IMG/VR virus record: IMGVR_UViG_3300025543_000030
Coordinates: 1 to 55,994 of that record
DNA: 55,994 nucleotides
DNA from: a virus
Taxonomy: Duplodnaviria; Caudoviricetes
Direction: 5' to 3' (one strand)
In this document: positions 45,637 to 55,624 of the stretch, in pieces
Position numbering within the stretch: the stretch's first letter is position 1
Layout: each line of letters opens with the position of its first letter
The notes under the pieces: generated by a model
What the model saw: the letters and a program-made list of their open reading frames with translations, nothing else
The model's database searches: none
What the model was told of the DNA's origin: nothing
Translations under genes and position numbers: made by a program

Positions 45637-45714
45637 CTGTAAATATTCCAAAATATAAACCTAATGATACTGTAGGCTTTTACTCAAGCTTATTTGATGA
45701 TTAAAATTAAAAAT

Positions 45715-47367
45715 ATGAGTTATAGAAACCCACAAATAATACGAGACACCTCAGGTCAAGCATATGGTCAAGCTGTGGCAAACATAGGTCAATCTTTAGC
45801 TAAAGGTATAATTACAGCAAGTGCTAGAAGAGAACAACAAAGAAAAGAAGCTGAAGCAGAAAGAAAAAGAACTCAACAGATAGGTTACGGTATACAAAGT
45901 AAAGCTTACGAGCAAAGAAACAAAGTGTATTCAGAAATGCTTAAAAAAGAACCTGGTTTAGCTGAGCAATTTAAGCAGCAAACTGAAATATTATTAATGG
46001 GAGGTGAAGGAGTAGAAATGGGTGCTATCGAAGCTAGAACTCTGCTTGCTACATCAGATAATTTAGATATAAAAGAAAAACAAAAACTACAAGGTATAAT
46101 AAATAGATATGATGTTTTTCAAAACGGATTACAAGGTAATGCTGGTAAAATACTAGCTGAAACAGAAGTTTATAGTAAAACTTCACCTGCTGATTTTGAT
46201 AGTAAATACCGTTGGACCGGTTCTAATCAATATGAAAGAACCGCATCACAATTTGCAGCCGCAGCTTTGTCTAATGAAGAAATACCAGGCGCAAGATATG
46301 AAAAAAAATTATACACACCTACAACCGATGGTGAGCAAGTGGTGGGTATAAAAGTTTTTGTAGATCCAAACGATCCTTCAATGAAAGGTAAATTTGATGA
46401 TGAAAAAATGTACCCAAGAAATCAAAATGGAGAAGTAGAAATAGAATGGAAAAAAGATTTAAATAAATGGGACGAAGGTTTGTTAGAAGAAATAGTTAAA
46501 GTTCCTGATAGCGTAGAATTATTTAAAACATCAGGTATCACTAATGATGAAGGTAAATTTAATGAAGATCAATATTTAAACATATCTGGTACATCTGAAA
46601 AAATAAAAGGTATAACTCAATATAGTCAAGTTAAAACCACTAGAGATGTTAATGTAGCGGGTTGGGCTAATAATACTGTACTTCAAGATGAAATTTTAGC
46701 CAAATCAGAAGGTTTACAAGGTATGAGAGATGATGAATTATCTGCTTTTATGGAAGTAAAAATGCAAATAGGTGGATTTGATATAGCAAAATTTAGAGAA
46801 AAAAGTACGGAAGATCAAGTTTTAGAAATAAAAAAAGAACTTAACGAAGAGTATATTATCCAAAAAACTAAAAACTTAGACAAAAGATCAGCTAAAGAGG
46901 GTGAAGCGGGTGCTGTAAAAGATCCTTTAAATTCAGAAAACTATGTGATATATTACGAGGGCACTTCTGATATAAGGTCTACGCCATCCGATGACGGGAC
47001 TTATACTAAAACGCAAGTTTCTAATAGTATTAAAGTAAATAAAAACTGGACTAAAAATGAATCTGTTCTTAAAGGAATATTTAACTCATTAACTGCACCA
47101 GGCAGTACTCAGCCACCTGCTAAAAAAGTTATGGCTGATTTTGCAAAAACAAATATAGCGGCTATGCCAATATATGGTGAAGATGACAATCTAATTGGTT
47201 ATGAGTTAAAAAATCAATTAGTATCTACAAAACCAGCACAAATATTGCTAAACGAATCACCAGAGTCTATAAATCAAGCGATTAAAGTTGCTTCTGGTTT
47301 ATCTTATTCAATTGGAACTGAATGGGCTGATTTGATGCCAGATGAATTTAGTGTTTATGAAGAATAA
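45715..47367 (+). CDS. putative internal virion protein; start revised to ATG 45715
   Basis: MSYRNPQ with an A-rich leader; charged and helical; position. Confidence 0.65.
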   Translation: MSYRNPQIIRDTSGQAYGQAVANIGQSLAKGIITASARREQQRKEAEAERKRTQQIGYGIQSKAYEQRNKVYSEMLKKEPGLAEQFKQQTEILLMGGEGVEMGAIEARTLLATSDNLDIKEKQKLQGIINRYDVFQNGLQGNAGKILAETEVYSKTSPADFDSKYRWTGSNQYERTASQFAAAALSNEEIPGARYEKKLYTPTTDGEQVVGIKVFVDPNDPSMKGKFDDEKMYPRNQNGEVEIEWKKDLNKWDEGLLEEIVKVPDSVELFKTSGITNDEGKFNEDQYLNISGTSEKIKGITQYSQVKTTRDVNVAGWANNTVLQDEILAKSEGLQGMRDDELSAFMEVKMQIGGFDIAKFREKSTEDQVLEIKKELNEEYIIQKTKNLDKRSAKEGEAGAVKDPLNSENYVIYYEGTSDIRSTPSDDGTYTKTQVSNSIKVNKNWTKNESVLKGIFNSLTAPGSTQPPAKKVMADFAKTNIAAMPIYGEDDNLIGYELKNQLVSTKPAQILLNESPESINQAIKVASGLSYSIGTEWADLMPDEFSVYEE

Positions 47368-47382
47368 TTAAAATTTAATATT

Positions 47383-50300
47383 ATGCCAAGATATAAAGCT
47401 AACGGAAAAATATATAATCTTCCTGAGGAAAAAGTAGAGCAATTTTTGCAAACTTATCCAAATGCAATTTTAGTTGAAGATGAAGAAGTAAAGTTAAACG
47501 GTATTGCGGAGACGGATGCGTCTGTAATACCAGGGAAAAATATGGCGTCCACATCGGATCCTGGTTCTTCGGGTTTACCAAAAATACCAACTCAAATAGG
47601 TGATGAGTTGCAAGGTGTATCTATAGATGATATACCAAGAGAAACACCAACTAATGGTGAATTAGTATTTGGTGACCCTAGAGATTTAAATACGCAGATT
47701 ACAGATTATAGAAAAGATTATATTGATGCTTTTAATGGTAGAGGTCGATTTGCTGAAATGTTGGTTGATAAAAATCCTAAAGAACGTTTAGAATTAATTG
47801 AGAGATTAATACCTAAACCTAAGTATGTAGATAAAAAATACAATAAACAAACAGATTCTTATGATGAAAAACCTACAGAAGAAGCTGTAGAAATTTTTAG
47901 CTCTTATTTACCTTCTGATTTTGATTTATTTGATAAACCTGAGCAGTTTAACAAAGCTATGGAAGATGCTAAAGTGCAAGCTTTAAATAATGATCCTGTA
48001 GTTAAAATTATGTTAGGCGCAAGAATGTCTATTGTAACTAAAGAAGCTGAGCAATATAAATTAGATTTAGCTAAAAAATATAATTTAAACGATCCTAATG
48101 ATTATGACAAAGCCGAGAAGGATTATCAAAATTGGTTTAATACAAATGTTGTACAATATGTAGAAGATTCTGAAACCGTGCAAGCAATAGAAGATCAATT
48201 AGAAGATGTTGGAAACGTTGCTATGTCAAATAGAAACACAGAATATGGTCGTGATAAAGATTTTATGCTTTCAGCTTTTGATTTTGACAAAGATTCTAGT
48301 GTTTTAGATTTTGGAGAAGCAATGTATAAAAGTGTAAGACAAATGGGTGTTAGTTATAGAAAATCTGTAACTAGTCAATTTCATGGTAATATAATAAAAT
48401 ACGATAAAAAATTACAAGATTATAAAAAAAGACTGGATGCTGGAAAAATTAGTCAAGAAAAATATGATGGCTTAGTTAAGTATTATGAAAATAGAAAAGA
48501 AAAAGCTCAACGCTCTATAGTAAACAACGTTAAAGCTATTTCTGAAACTGAAGGTTATTTAAGTTTATTTGAAAAATCTGATTTAAAAGATGGTGCGCAA
48601 TTTGAGGATCTTATAAGAATAGTTGGTGAAGCAATACCTCAATTTGCTGCTGCTGGCGCAGGTGCTGTAACAGGTAATCCAGCTTTGGCGAGCATGGGTT
48701 TAATTTCTATATTTGGTCAAGAGTATGGCAATAATTACTACGAAGCAATAGCAGAAGGTCTTTTAGCTGAAGGTATTAAACCCACGGAAGAAAATATAGC
48801 TAAAGCCATAAGCGATGGTAAATATGCTAATAGAGCTGAAGCTGCTGCTTTTGCTGCTTTAGGAACTGCTTTAGAAAGAGTTGGAGCTAAAGGCATTATG
48901 AAAGATCTTGCTAAAAACATAGGTTTCCAAAATCTTAAAAAAATGTCTTCATCAATATATAAAAATGGTATAAAAGATTTTGTTAAAAAATTAGTAAAAA
49001 AAATACCAAGTTTTGCTAAATCCCCTGCAAGAGAATATTTAACTGAAGGCGCTCAAACAGGTTTATCACAATTATCTGTTGGTTCACAACTAGAATTAGA
49101 AACAGATTTAAACTTAGGGTATACAAAATTTTTAAATGGAGAAGAAATATTAGAAGCCGCTGAAGCAGGTGGTTGGGTTGGTGGAATACTACGCGTAGGC
49201 GGCGCAACAATAAACCAAACAACTCTTGAACTTAGAAATTCAGCTAGAGATGTTGCTACTAAATTTGATTTAAAAGGTAGTATGCTTAAAAAAGTTAATG
49301 GATTTTTTAAAGCTGTAGAACAAGATTTAAAAGTTAGGTTTGAAAAAGGAGAACTTACACAAGATCAATATCAAGAAGAATTACAAAATCTTAGTAACAC
49401 TAGAAATACAGGTATTAAAATACCTAAAAATTACAGCGAAGAAAGCAAACAAAGAGCTTTTGATTTAATTTTTGAAAAAACTAAACTTACTAATGAAATA
49501 GCTGGTTTAGATGAAAGTTCAGTTGAGCCTCAAAAAGAACAAATAAAAGATATAAACACAGAGTTAGCTGTAATATCTTTAATTGAAAAAGGTAGAATTA
49601 AAGCTGATCAAGACAGTGCACAAGATACCGCTAGCGCTACTAAAATAGGTAAACAGTTAGGTTTTAGTGTTAACAAGCTAACGCCAGAACAGATAAAAGA
49701 AAAAGGATATAACGTTAAAGAAGATTTAGGTTTTATAGAAGGTGATCAAATATTTTTAAATGAAGATTTGATTGGTAAAAGTACAAACGTTAAAACAGCT
49801 TCTCACGAGCTGTTGCATGGTATACTGTATAATTCTATAAAAAATGGTAAACTAAGTAGATCTATTATAGAAAAATGGTATAAAAATAATTTGTCAGAAG
49901 AGCAAATAAAAGTTTTAGATCAAAGAATGGAAGATGGGGGTTATAAAACTCTTAAAACTAAAGAAGGTAAAAACTATTTAGATGTAAGACCCGATGAATA
50001 TTTAACTCAAATATACGAAGCTGGTTTAATTGATCAACCTGGTATGTTTGAAAAAGTAAAACTTTTAGTTCAAGATATTTTAAATTTAATCCCTGGCGTA
50101 AATGTTAAGTTTGTTAAAAAAGATGATTTAAAAGATTTTTTAAGAGCTTATCAAACAAGCATAAAAACAGGCAAGTTATCTCAAAAAGTTGTAGATGTAG
50201 TGGGTGGTAGAATTGATGTTAAAGCACCGGTTGCTTCTTCAAAAATAACACCTAAAGCTCAAGAATTTATTGCATTAAATAAAGAAGGTGTTATTACTAA

Positions 50301-53300
50301 CGAAGCGTTAGTAGATATTATAAATTCTCCTTCATCTACTTCGGTAGATAAATTTGGAGCTATAGAAGCTGTTGTAGAGGCTAATTGGCCTGTTATAAGT
50401 AATGCTATAAAGTTTAACCCAACAGGTGCTATACCTATGGATGCTGTTAAAACAGCTGTAACAGAGCAAATTCAAGGTATATTTCCAGGTAGAAAAGTTC
50501 CTTTGTTTAAAGGTTATAATGAAAGCCAAGGTAAAGTAAATACTGTTATTAGTAGTTTTTTAAGACCAAGACAAGCTGAAATATTAGAAAGAGCTAAAAA
50601 AATAGGTGGAATAACACAAGAAGGTGCTAGTGTTGACTCTAAAGAAGCTAAACAAATTAAAGATACTACTACAGAAAAACTTACAGAACAAGTTGCTACA
50701 AAACCTGTAAAGGCTAAAGAAAGTTTAAGAAAAAAAATTAAACTTACTGATGCTACGAGCAAAAAAGTAGTTGATGCTGTTGTAAAAACATTTGGTACTA
50801 AGTTACCTCCTGCAGATTCTAAACAATTTAAACAAGCGTTGTTAAAAGCTTTTAAAACAGAATTAAAAACAACTATAGCTAAAGACGTTTTAGGATCAAG
50901 AGCGGCTTATGAAACTTTTTTAAGAGATAACTTTGAAGCTATAATAGAAGCATTACCTCAAGACGTTATAAATAAAAGGTTTAGACCGTTTGCAGAAGAC
51001 ACTGGTAAAAGAGAAAAAACCAAAGAAGGTAAAAAGATATTTAAGAAAAAAGATATTACTAAAGCGGAATTTATAAAATACTTTTTAGGTAGAAATGTAG
51101 GTACATCAACTAAAGGTACTAGAAAAGATGCTTTAGCAGAGGCTTTAGCTCAGGAATTTGCAACAGATGCTACTATGCAAACTATACAAAGACCTGATGT
51201 AAAAGAAAAAAGAGAGTTTGTAGACAAAACACAGACTACGGAAAAAGTTAGTAAAGCAATAGATAGACCTACAGATTTTGCTTTTAGTAAAGTAGCTCAA
51301 GACGCAATAGATAATATTGATTTTGCAGTTGAAGCTGCTCAAGGAAGAGTTAAAGTTGATGGTTTATTAAAGTTTTATAAATTACAAAACACTTTAGTTA
51401 TTAAAAGTGAAAAAGATATAGATGCTTATGTTGATAAAATGATTGAAGATGTTTTTCCATTACTACCAAGAGAAGCATTTTTTGGTCCTAGTGGAGGAAC
51501 TGCATTTACAAGTAGTAGTAAAATATTTGGTTTTAAAACATCAAAAGATCCTTTATGGGAAAAGGTTGTAAATAAATTTAAATCTTTAAATAAACCTAAA
51601 ATTGATGGTAAAGATAATCCAAACTACGTTCCTGATAGCGCTTTTGGTAAACCAATATTAGATAATAGAGGTAATCCTATTGATTTTAAAGTTTCTTCAT
51701 ACGCTACTTTGTTTAAAAATCCAGCTACTATAGAAAAAAATATTAAAAATGGAAACATTGATAAATTTAATACTAAAGTTAGATTGATTCATGAAACTTT
51801 ATGGAAAAGAATAAATGAATCTATTTCAAAAAACAAAAATGCAGCTACAGGAATAGCTACATATTTAAGAATAACAGCGAACGATACTAAACATTGGCAC
51901 AAACAAGGCGCTGCTTTCGTAGGGTATTCTACAAAACCTGTTGGAAAAGTTAATTCCAAAGGTAAAAGAACGTTATATGAATATGAGCACGCTATGCCTG
52001 CTACCGCTGCTTACTTATATTTATTAGATGTTGCTTTGAGTAAGGGCAATTTTAAACCTGCTTATAATGCTGTAATGGATAATTACAAGTTAATTGCATT
52101 AGACAAGGCAGATAATGCTAAATTAGCTAAGGCTAAACTTGGAATTGGTATGCCTAAAGGCTGGAAGCTAGGTGAAAATTTTTGGTGGCAAAGATATTTT
52201 AACAGTGAAGTTGCTAAGTTCGACGGCGGAATAAACCCTATTTCTTTAACATTCACCAATGGAAGAACTTTTGCTGACCAACTTCAAATAAATTCATCTG
52301 GTAATTTTTCAACACCAGCTTTTTCTAAAGCTAGAAAACAGGCTAAAGTTTATAATGAAAAAATATTACCACCTGTTATAGATAAAAAGTTTGACAAAAA
52401 TACAACTAATGATCAGGTTTTAGATGAAATGGAAAAACTTGATAAAGAAGCTTCAGACGCTAGAGTTGCTTTTAGTAAAACTCAAGATCTTAATAAAGAT
52501 TTTAATGATATAATTGAAAGAGCTACAGGTATTGGTACGGAAAAAAGATATGGTCAAACTAAAGCTAGAGCTGTAGGCGCAGATAAAGGTAAATTTAATT
52601 TACTAGGTATACCACCGTCTGCTCAAGACTTTGTAGGTTTAACTAGGTACTTTGCTGGTAAAGGAAAACAAGGTGATGAAACTATTGCTTGGGTAAAAGA
52701 AAACTTTTTAGATCCATTTGCTAGAGCTAATATAGATATATCAAATGCTAGAGTTGCTTTAGCTAATGACTTTAAAGCTTTAAAAAAGCTATTAGGTGTT
52801 AGTCCTAAAGATTTAAATAAAAAAATAACTGGTGAACCTTATACTGTAGGTAATGCTGTTAGAGTTTATACGTGGATACAACAAGGTATGACTATACCAG
52901 GTTTATCTAAGACTGATCAAAAAATACTAGAAGACTATGTTACTGCAGATGAAAACCTAGTTACATTTGCTAATGAGCTTATAGCTATAAACAAAGATAA
53001 CGGTTACCCTAAACCTACTGATGGTTGGTTGGCTGGAACTATTACTACAGATTTACTTTCAGGTTTAAACACTGTAGTAAGAGCTAAGTATCTAAAACAA
53101 TGGCAAAATAATGTTGATGAAGTATTTAGTGAAACTAACATGAACAAGCTCGAGGCAGCTTATGGTAAAGGCTACAGAGATGCTTTAGAAAACATGCTTG
53201 GTCGTATGAAAACTGGTAGTAACAGAGGTTTTAAAGGTGATACATTAACTGGTAGATTTATTGATTGGATTAATAATTCTGTTGGGGCTATCATGTTTTT

Positions 53301-54495
53301 TAATATGAGATCTGCTGTGTTACAAACTATATCAGCTGTTAACTTTGTGAACTGGTCTGATAACAACCCATTAAAAGCAGCGGCTGCATTTGCAAATCAA
53401 CTTCAGTATTGGAAAGATGTAATGAAACTCATGAACTCTGATTACTTAGTTGAAAGACGTAATGGTTTAAAAATAAATGTTAGTGAAGCTGATATTGCTG
53501 AGATCGCTGCTGAGTCTAAAAACAAAGCTAAAGCTTTTATAAGTAAAATATTAAAACTAGGTTTTCTACCTACACAAATAGCAGATAGTTTTGCCATTGC
53601 TTCAGGTGGTGCTACGTTTTATAGAAACAGATATAAAAGTTTAAAGAAAGAAGGTTTATCTGACAAAGAAGCTGAGGCGCAAGCATTCCAAGATTTTAGA
53701 GAAATAGCTGAAGAGTCACAACAATCAAGTAGACCTGATAGAATTAGTCAACAGCAAGCAGGGCCAATGGGACGTATTATATTAGCTTTTGCTAATACCC
53801 CAGCCCAATATGCTAGATTAATGCAAAAAGCCGCTAGTGATCTTAAGAATCGCCGAGGAGATGATAAAACTAATATATCTAAGATATTATATTACGGAGC
53901 TATACAAAATGTTATATTCAACGCTTTACAACAAGCTTTATTTGCTATGGCGTTTGGAGATGAAGAGCCTGATGAAGAAAAACTAAACAAAAAGTATACA
54001 GGTATAGCAAACGGTATGGCTGACTCATTATTAAGAGGTGTTGGTTTTCATGGTGCCGCTATATCTACACTTAAAAATGTAGTAATGAAATTAGCAGAAG
54101 GTAAAGAAGCTCAAGACGCTGCAATAGAGTTGTTAGATATTTCACCTCCTATATCTTCTAAAATAGGTAAATTAAAATCTGCAGGTAGAACGTGGGACTG
54201 GAATAAGAAAGAGATAATAGAAAAAGGTTGGTCATTAGATAACCCTGCTTATTTAGCTGCTGGCCAAGTTATTAGTGCTGCTACAAATGTACCGCTTGAT
54301 AGAGGTATAAGAAAGTTACAAAATTTAAAAGATGCGTCTGATGCTGAAAATGAAGAGTGGATGCGAGTGGCTAATGCTTTAGGTTGGGCAAAATGGGAAT
54401 TAGAGTGGCAAAAAGATAAACCAAAAAAGAAAAAGAAAAAAAGAACATTAGGTAAAAGTTTAAGAAAAAGTTTTGGAAAAAAATTAAAATTATAA
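47383..54495 (+). CDS. very large (2370 aa) putative internal virion/polyvalent protein with a zincin motif
   Basis: HELLH (49804-49818) with distal DEYL; Ala/Gly-rich amphipathic segments; Lys-rich tail. Confidence 0.75.
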   Translation: MPRYKANGKIYNLPEEKVEQFLQTYPNAILVEDEEVKLNGIAETDASVIPGKNMASTSDPGSSGLPKIPTQIGDELQGVSIDDIPRETPTNGELVFGDPRDLNTQITDYRKDYIDAFNGRGRFAEMLVDKNPKERLELIERLIPKPKYVDKKYNKQTDSYDEKPTEEAVEIFSSYLPSDFDLFDKPEQFNKAMEDAKVQALNNDPVVKIMLGARMSIVTKEAEQYKLDLAKKYNLNDPNDYDKAEKDYQNWFNTNVVQYVEDSETVQAIEDQLEDVGNVAMSNRNTEYGRDKDFMLSAFDFDKDSSVLDFGEAMYKSVRQMGVSYRKSVTSQFHGNIIKYDKKLQDYKKRLDAGKISQEKYDGLVKYYENRKEKAQRSIVNNVKAISETEGYLSLFEKSDLKDGAQFEDLIRIVGEAIPQFAAAGAGAVTGNPALASMGLISIFGQEYGNNYYEAIAEGLLAEGIKPTEENIAKAISDGKYANRAEAAAFAALGTALERVGAKGIMKDLAKNIGFQNLKKMSSSIYKNGIKDFVKKLVKKIPSFAKSPAREYLTEGAQTGLSQLSVGSQLELETDLNLGYTKFLNGEEILEAAEAGGWVGGILRVGGATINQTTLELRNSARDVATKFDLKGSMLKKVNGFFKAVEQDLKVRFEKGELTQDQYQEELQNLSNTRNTGIKIPKNYSEESKQRAFDLIFEKTKLTNEIAGLDESSVEPQKEQIKDINTELAVISLIEKGRIKADQDSAQDTASATKIGKQLGFSVNKLTPEQIKEKGYNVKEDLGFIEGDQIFLNEDLIGKSTNVKTASHELLHGILYNSIKNGKLSRSIIEKWYKNNLSEEQIKVLDQRMEDGGYKTLKTKEGKNYLDVRPDEYLTQIYEAGLIDQPGMFEKVKLLVQDILNLIPGVNVKFVKKDDLKDFLRAYQTSIKTGKLSQKVVDVVGGRIDVKAPVASSKITPKAQEFIALNKEGVITNEALVDIINSPSSTSVDKFGAIEAVVEANWPVISNAIKFNPTGAIPMDAVKTAVTEQIQGIFPGRKVPLFKGYNESQGKVNTVISSFLRPRQAEILERAKKIGGITQEGASVDSKEAKQIKDTTTEKLTEQVATKPVKAKESLRKKIKLTDATSKKVVDAVVKTFGTKLPPADSKQFKQALLKAFKTELKTTIAKDVLGSRAAYETFLRDNFEAIIEALPQDVINKRFRPFAEDTGKREKTKEGKKIFKKKDITKAEFIKYFLGRNVGTSTKGTRKDALAEALAQEFATDATMQTIQRPDVKEKREFVDKTQTTEKVSKAIDRPTDFAFSKVAQDAIDNIDFAVEAAQGRVKVDGLLKFYKLQNTLVIKSEKDIDAYVDKMIEDVFPLLPREAFFGPSGGTAFTSSSKIFGFKTSKDPLWEKVVNKFKSLNKPKIDGKDNPNYVPDSAFGKPILDNRGNPIDFKVSSYATLFKNPATIEKNIKNGNIDKFNTKVRLIHETLWKRINESISKNKNAATGIATYLRITANDTKHWHKQGAAFVGYSTKPVGKVNSKGKRTLYEYEHAMPATAAYLYLLDVALSKGNFKPAYNAVMDNYKLIALDKADNAKLAKAKLGIGMPKGWKLGENFWWQRYFNSEVAKFDGGINPISLTFTNGRTFADQLQINSSGNFSTPAFSKARKQAKVYNEKILPPVIDKKFDKNTTNDQVLDEMEKLDKEASDARVAFSKTQDLNKDFNDIIERATGIGTEKRYGQTKARAVGADKGKFNLLGIPPSAQDFVGLTRYFAGKGKQGDETIAWVKENFLDPFARANIDISNARVALANDFKALKKLLGVSPKDLNKKITGEPYTVGNAVRVYTWIQQGMTIPGLSKTDQKILEDYVTADENLVTFANELIAINKDNGYPKPTDGWLAGTITTDLLSGLNTVVRAKYLKQWQNNVDEVFSETNMNKLEAAYGKGYRDALENMLGRMKTGSNRGFKGDTLTGRFIDWINNSVGAIMFFNMRSAVLQTISAVNFVNWSDNNPLKAAAAFANQLQYWKDVMKLMNSDYLVERRNGLKINVSEADIAEIAAESKNKAKAFISKILKLGFLPTQIADSFAIASGGATFYRNRYKSLKKEGLSDKEAEAQAFQDFREIAEESQQSSRPDRISQQQAGPMGRIILAFANTPAQYARLMQKAASDLKNRRGDDKTNISKILYYGAIQNVIFNALQQALFAMAFGDEEPDEEKLNKKYTGIANGMADSLLRGVGFHGAAISTLKNVVMKLAEGKEAQDAAIELLDISPPISSKIGKLKSAGRTWDWNKKEIIEKGWSLDNPAYLAAGQVISAATNVPLDRGIRKLQNLKDASDAENEEWMRVANALGWAKWELEWQKDKPKKKKKKRTLGKSLRKSFGKKLKL

Positions 54496-54528
54496 TTATG
54501 TAAAAAATGTGGAGAATAAAATTAAAAT

Positions 54529-54900
54529 ATGAAACTATGGAAAATTGTCCTTTTTGCGGCAGCTGCACTTGTCACTAGCTGCTCAATACAACAAAAAAAA
54601 CCTAAAATACAGATAACCCATGTGTTAGCTGTAACGGAACAAGGTGACACCTTGAGATTACCTATAAACATGATTAAACCAAATGTTTATTATAATATTG
54701 TATCGTATCCCAGTTATCCTAGATATTATAGCAACTGGTACAATGAAGGCTATTACGGATATAGGAGTAAACCTATTTATGTACCTAGCAATAATAATTC
54801 TAATAACAATAACAATAACAGTAGTAATAAAGGTTCAGTTGAATCTAAAGACATATCAAGACTAGATGTTAATGCTACTAAGGTAAAAATGAAAAATTAA
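54529..54900 (+). CDS. lipoprotein
   Basis: MKLWKIVLFAAAALVTS-C lipobox; Tyr-rich and poly-Asn segments. Confidence 0.7.
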   Translation: MKLWKIVLFAAAALVTSCSIQQKKPKIQITHVLAVTEQGDTLRLPINMIKPNVYYNIVSYPSYPRYYSNWYNEGYYGYRSKPIYVPSNNNSNNNNNNSSNKGSVESKDISRLDVNATKVKMKN

Positions 54901-55185
54901 ATGGCTCAAAAAATTTCAGAAAACACAGAAATACAATTAGATTTAAAAACAATCGGTATGCTAGTTGCAGGTGCCGTGAGTTTAGCAGCTATGTATTTTA
55001 CTTTGCAAAAAGATATTGATCTCGCAAAAGAATTACCTAAACCAGAGGTGAGTAGAACAGAGTATGATCTTAAAGATGAGCTAGTAAGATCTACTATCAT
55101 GGACATTGACGAAAAAGTTCAAGACAATAGTGAAAAGCTAGATAAAATCGACGACAAACTGTTCACAATTATAAACAACAAATAA
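54901..55185 (+). CDS. single-TM coiled-coil membrane protein
   Basis: TM segment IGMLVAGAVSLAAMYFTL, then a coiled coil. Confidence 0.7.
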   Translation: MAQKISENTEIQLDLKTIGMLVAGAVSLAAMYFTLQKDIDLAKELPKPEVSRTEYDLKDELVRSTIMDIDEKVQDNSEKLDKIDDKLFTIINNK

Positions 55186-55189
55186 TCAA

Positions 55190-55543
55190 ATGAAAAAGCT
55201 TTTAATTATATTTACTTTAATGTGTGGTTATTTTTCAAGTGCACAATACGAAGTATTACACATCAATAGCGCATGGAACTCTAGACATAATTTAGATTTA
55301 AGTGGGCTTAAACATGCTAAGGTAAAATATATGTTTTTAGAAGATCAACCACCTTCTTTTAAACAGCAAATCAAGTCTGTGCCAACTATACTAGTTTTAG
55401 ATAAGAATAAAAAGACTAAAGGTCTTTGGAATGGAGGTATTGCATTAAAATTAAAGATAACAAAACAAGACATTCAAGATCATATTGATAAATTAATAGC
55501 CCAAGAAGCTGCCAACCTTTCAAGAAGAAGATCAACAAATTAA
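55190..55543 (+). CDS. secreted thioredoxin-like-fold protein lacking CxxC
   Basis: Signal peptide; HINSAWN in place of WCxxC; IKSVPTILVL cis-Pro motif. Confidence 0.55.
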   Translation: MKKLLIIFTLMCGYFSSAQYEVLHINSAWNSRHNLDLSGLKHAKVKYMFLEDQPPSFKQQIKSVPTILVLDKNKKTKGLWNGGIALKLKITKQDIQDHIDKLIAQEAANLSRRRSTN

Positions 55544-55624
55544 GACATCTGCAAAAGTGATTTTAAGGGTGTAAATAACAGGCAATCAAGTGATTATAAT
55601 AATGTAACGCTTTAATTATTATAA

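Noticed and set aside
48280-48294. DFDKD as an RNA polymerase DxDxD catalytic motif
   Set aside because: It lies in a helical, acidic N-terminal region without the usual preceding context; likely chance in a D/K-rich protein. Structure prediction is needed to exclude it fully.
7887-54568. Minus-strand and nested ORFs from the track inside plus-strand genes (e.g. 7887-8273, 10299-10619, 26876-27373, 28493-28870, 29121-29630)
   Set aside because: Shadow ORFs of strongly biased coding sequence; no motifs or leaders, and fully overlapped by well-supported genes.
54790-54830. (AAT/AAC)n microsatellite as a phase-variation tract
   Set aside because: Imperfect trinucleotide run encoding poly-Asn; length changes would not shift the frame.
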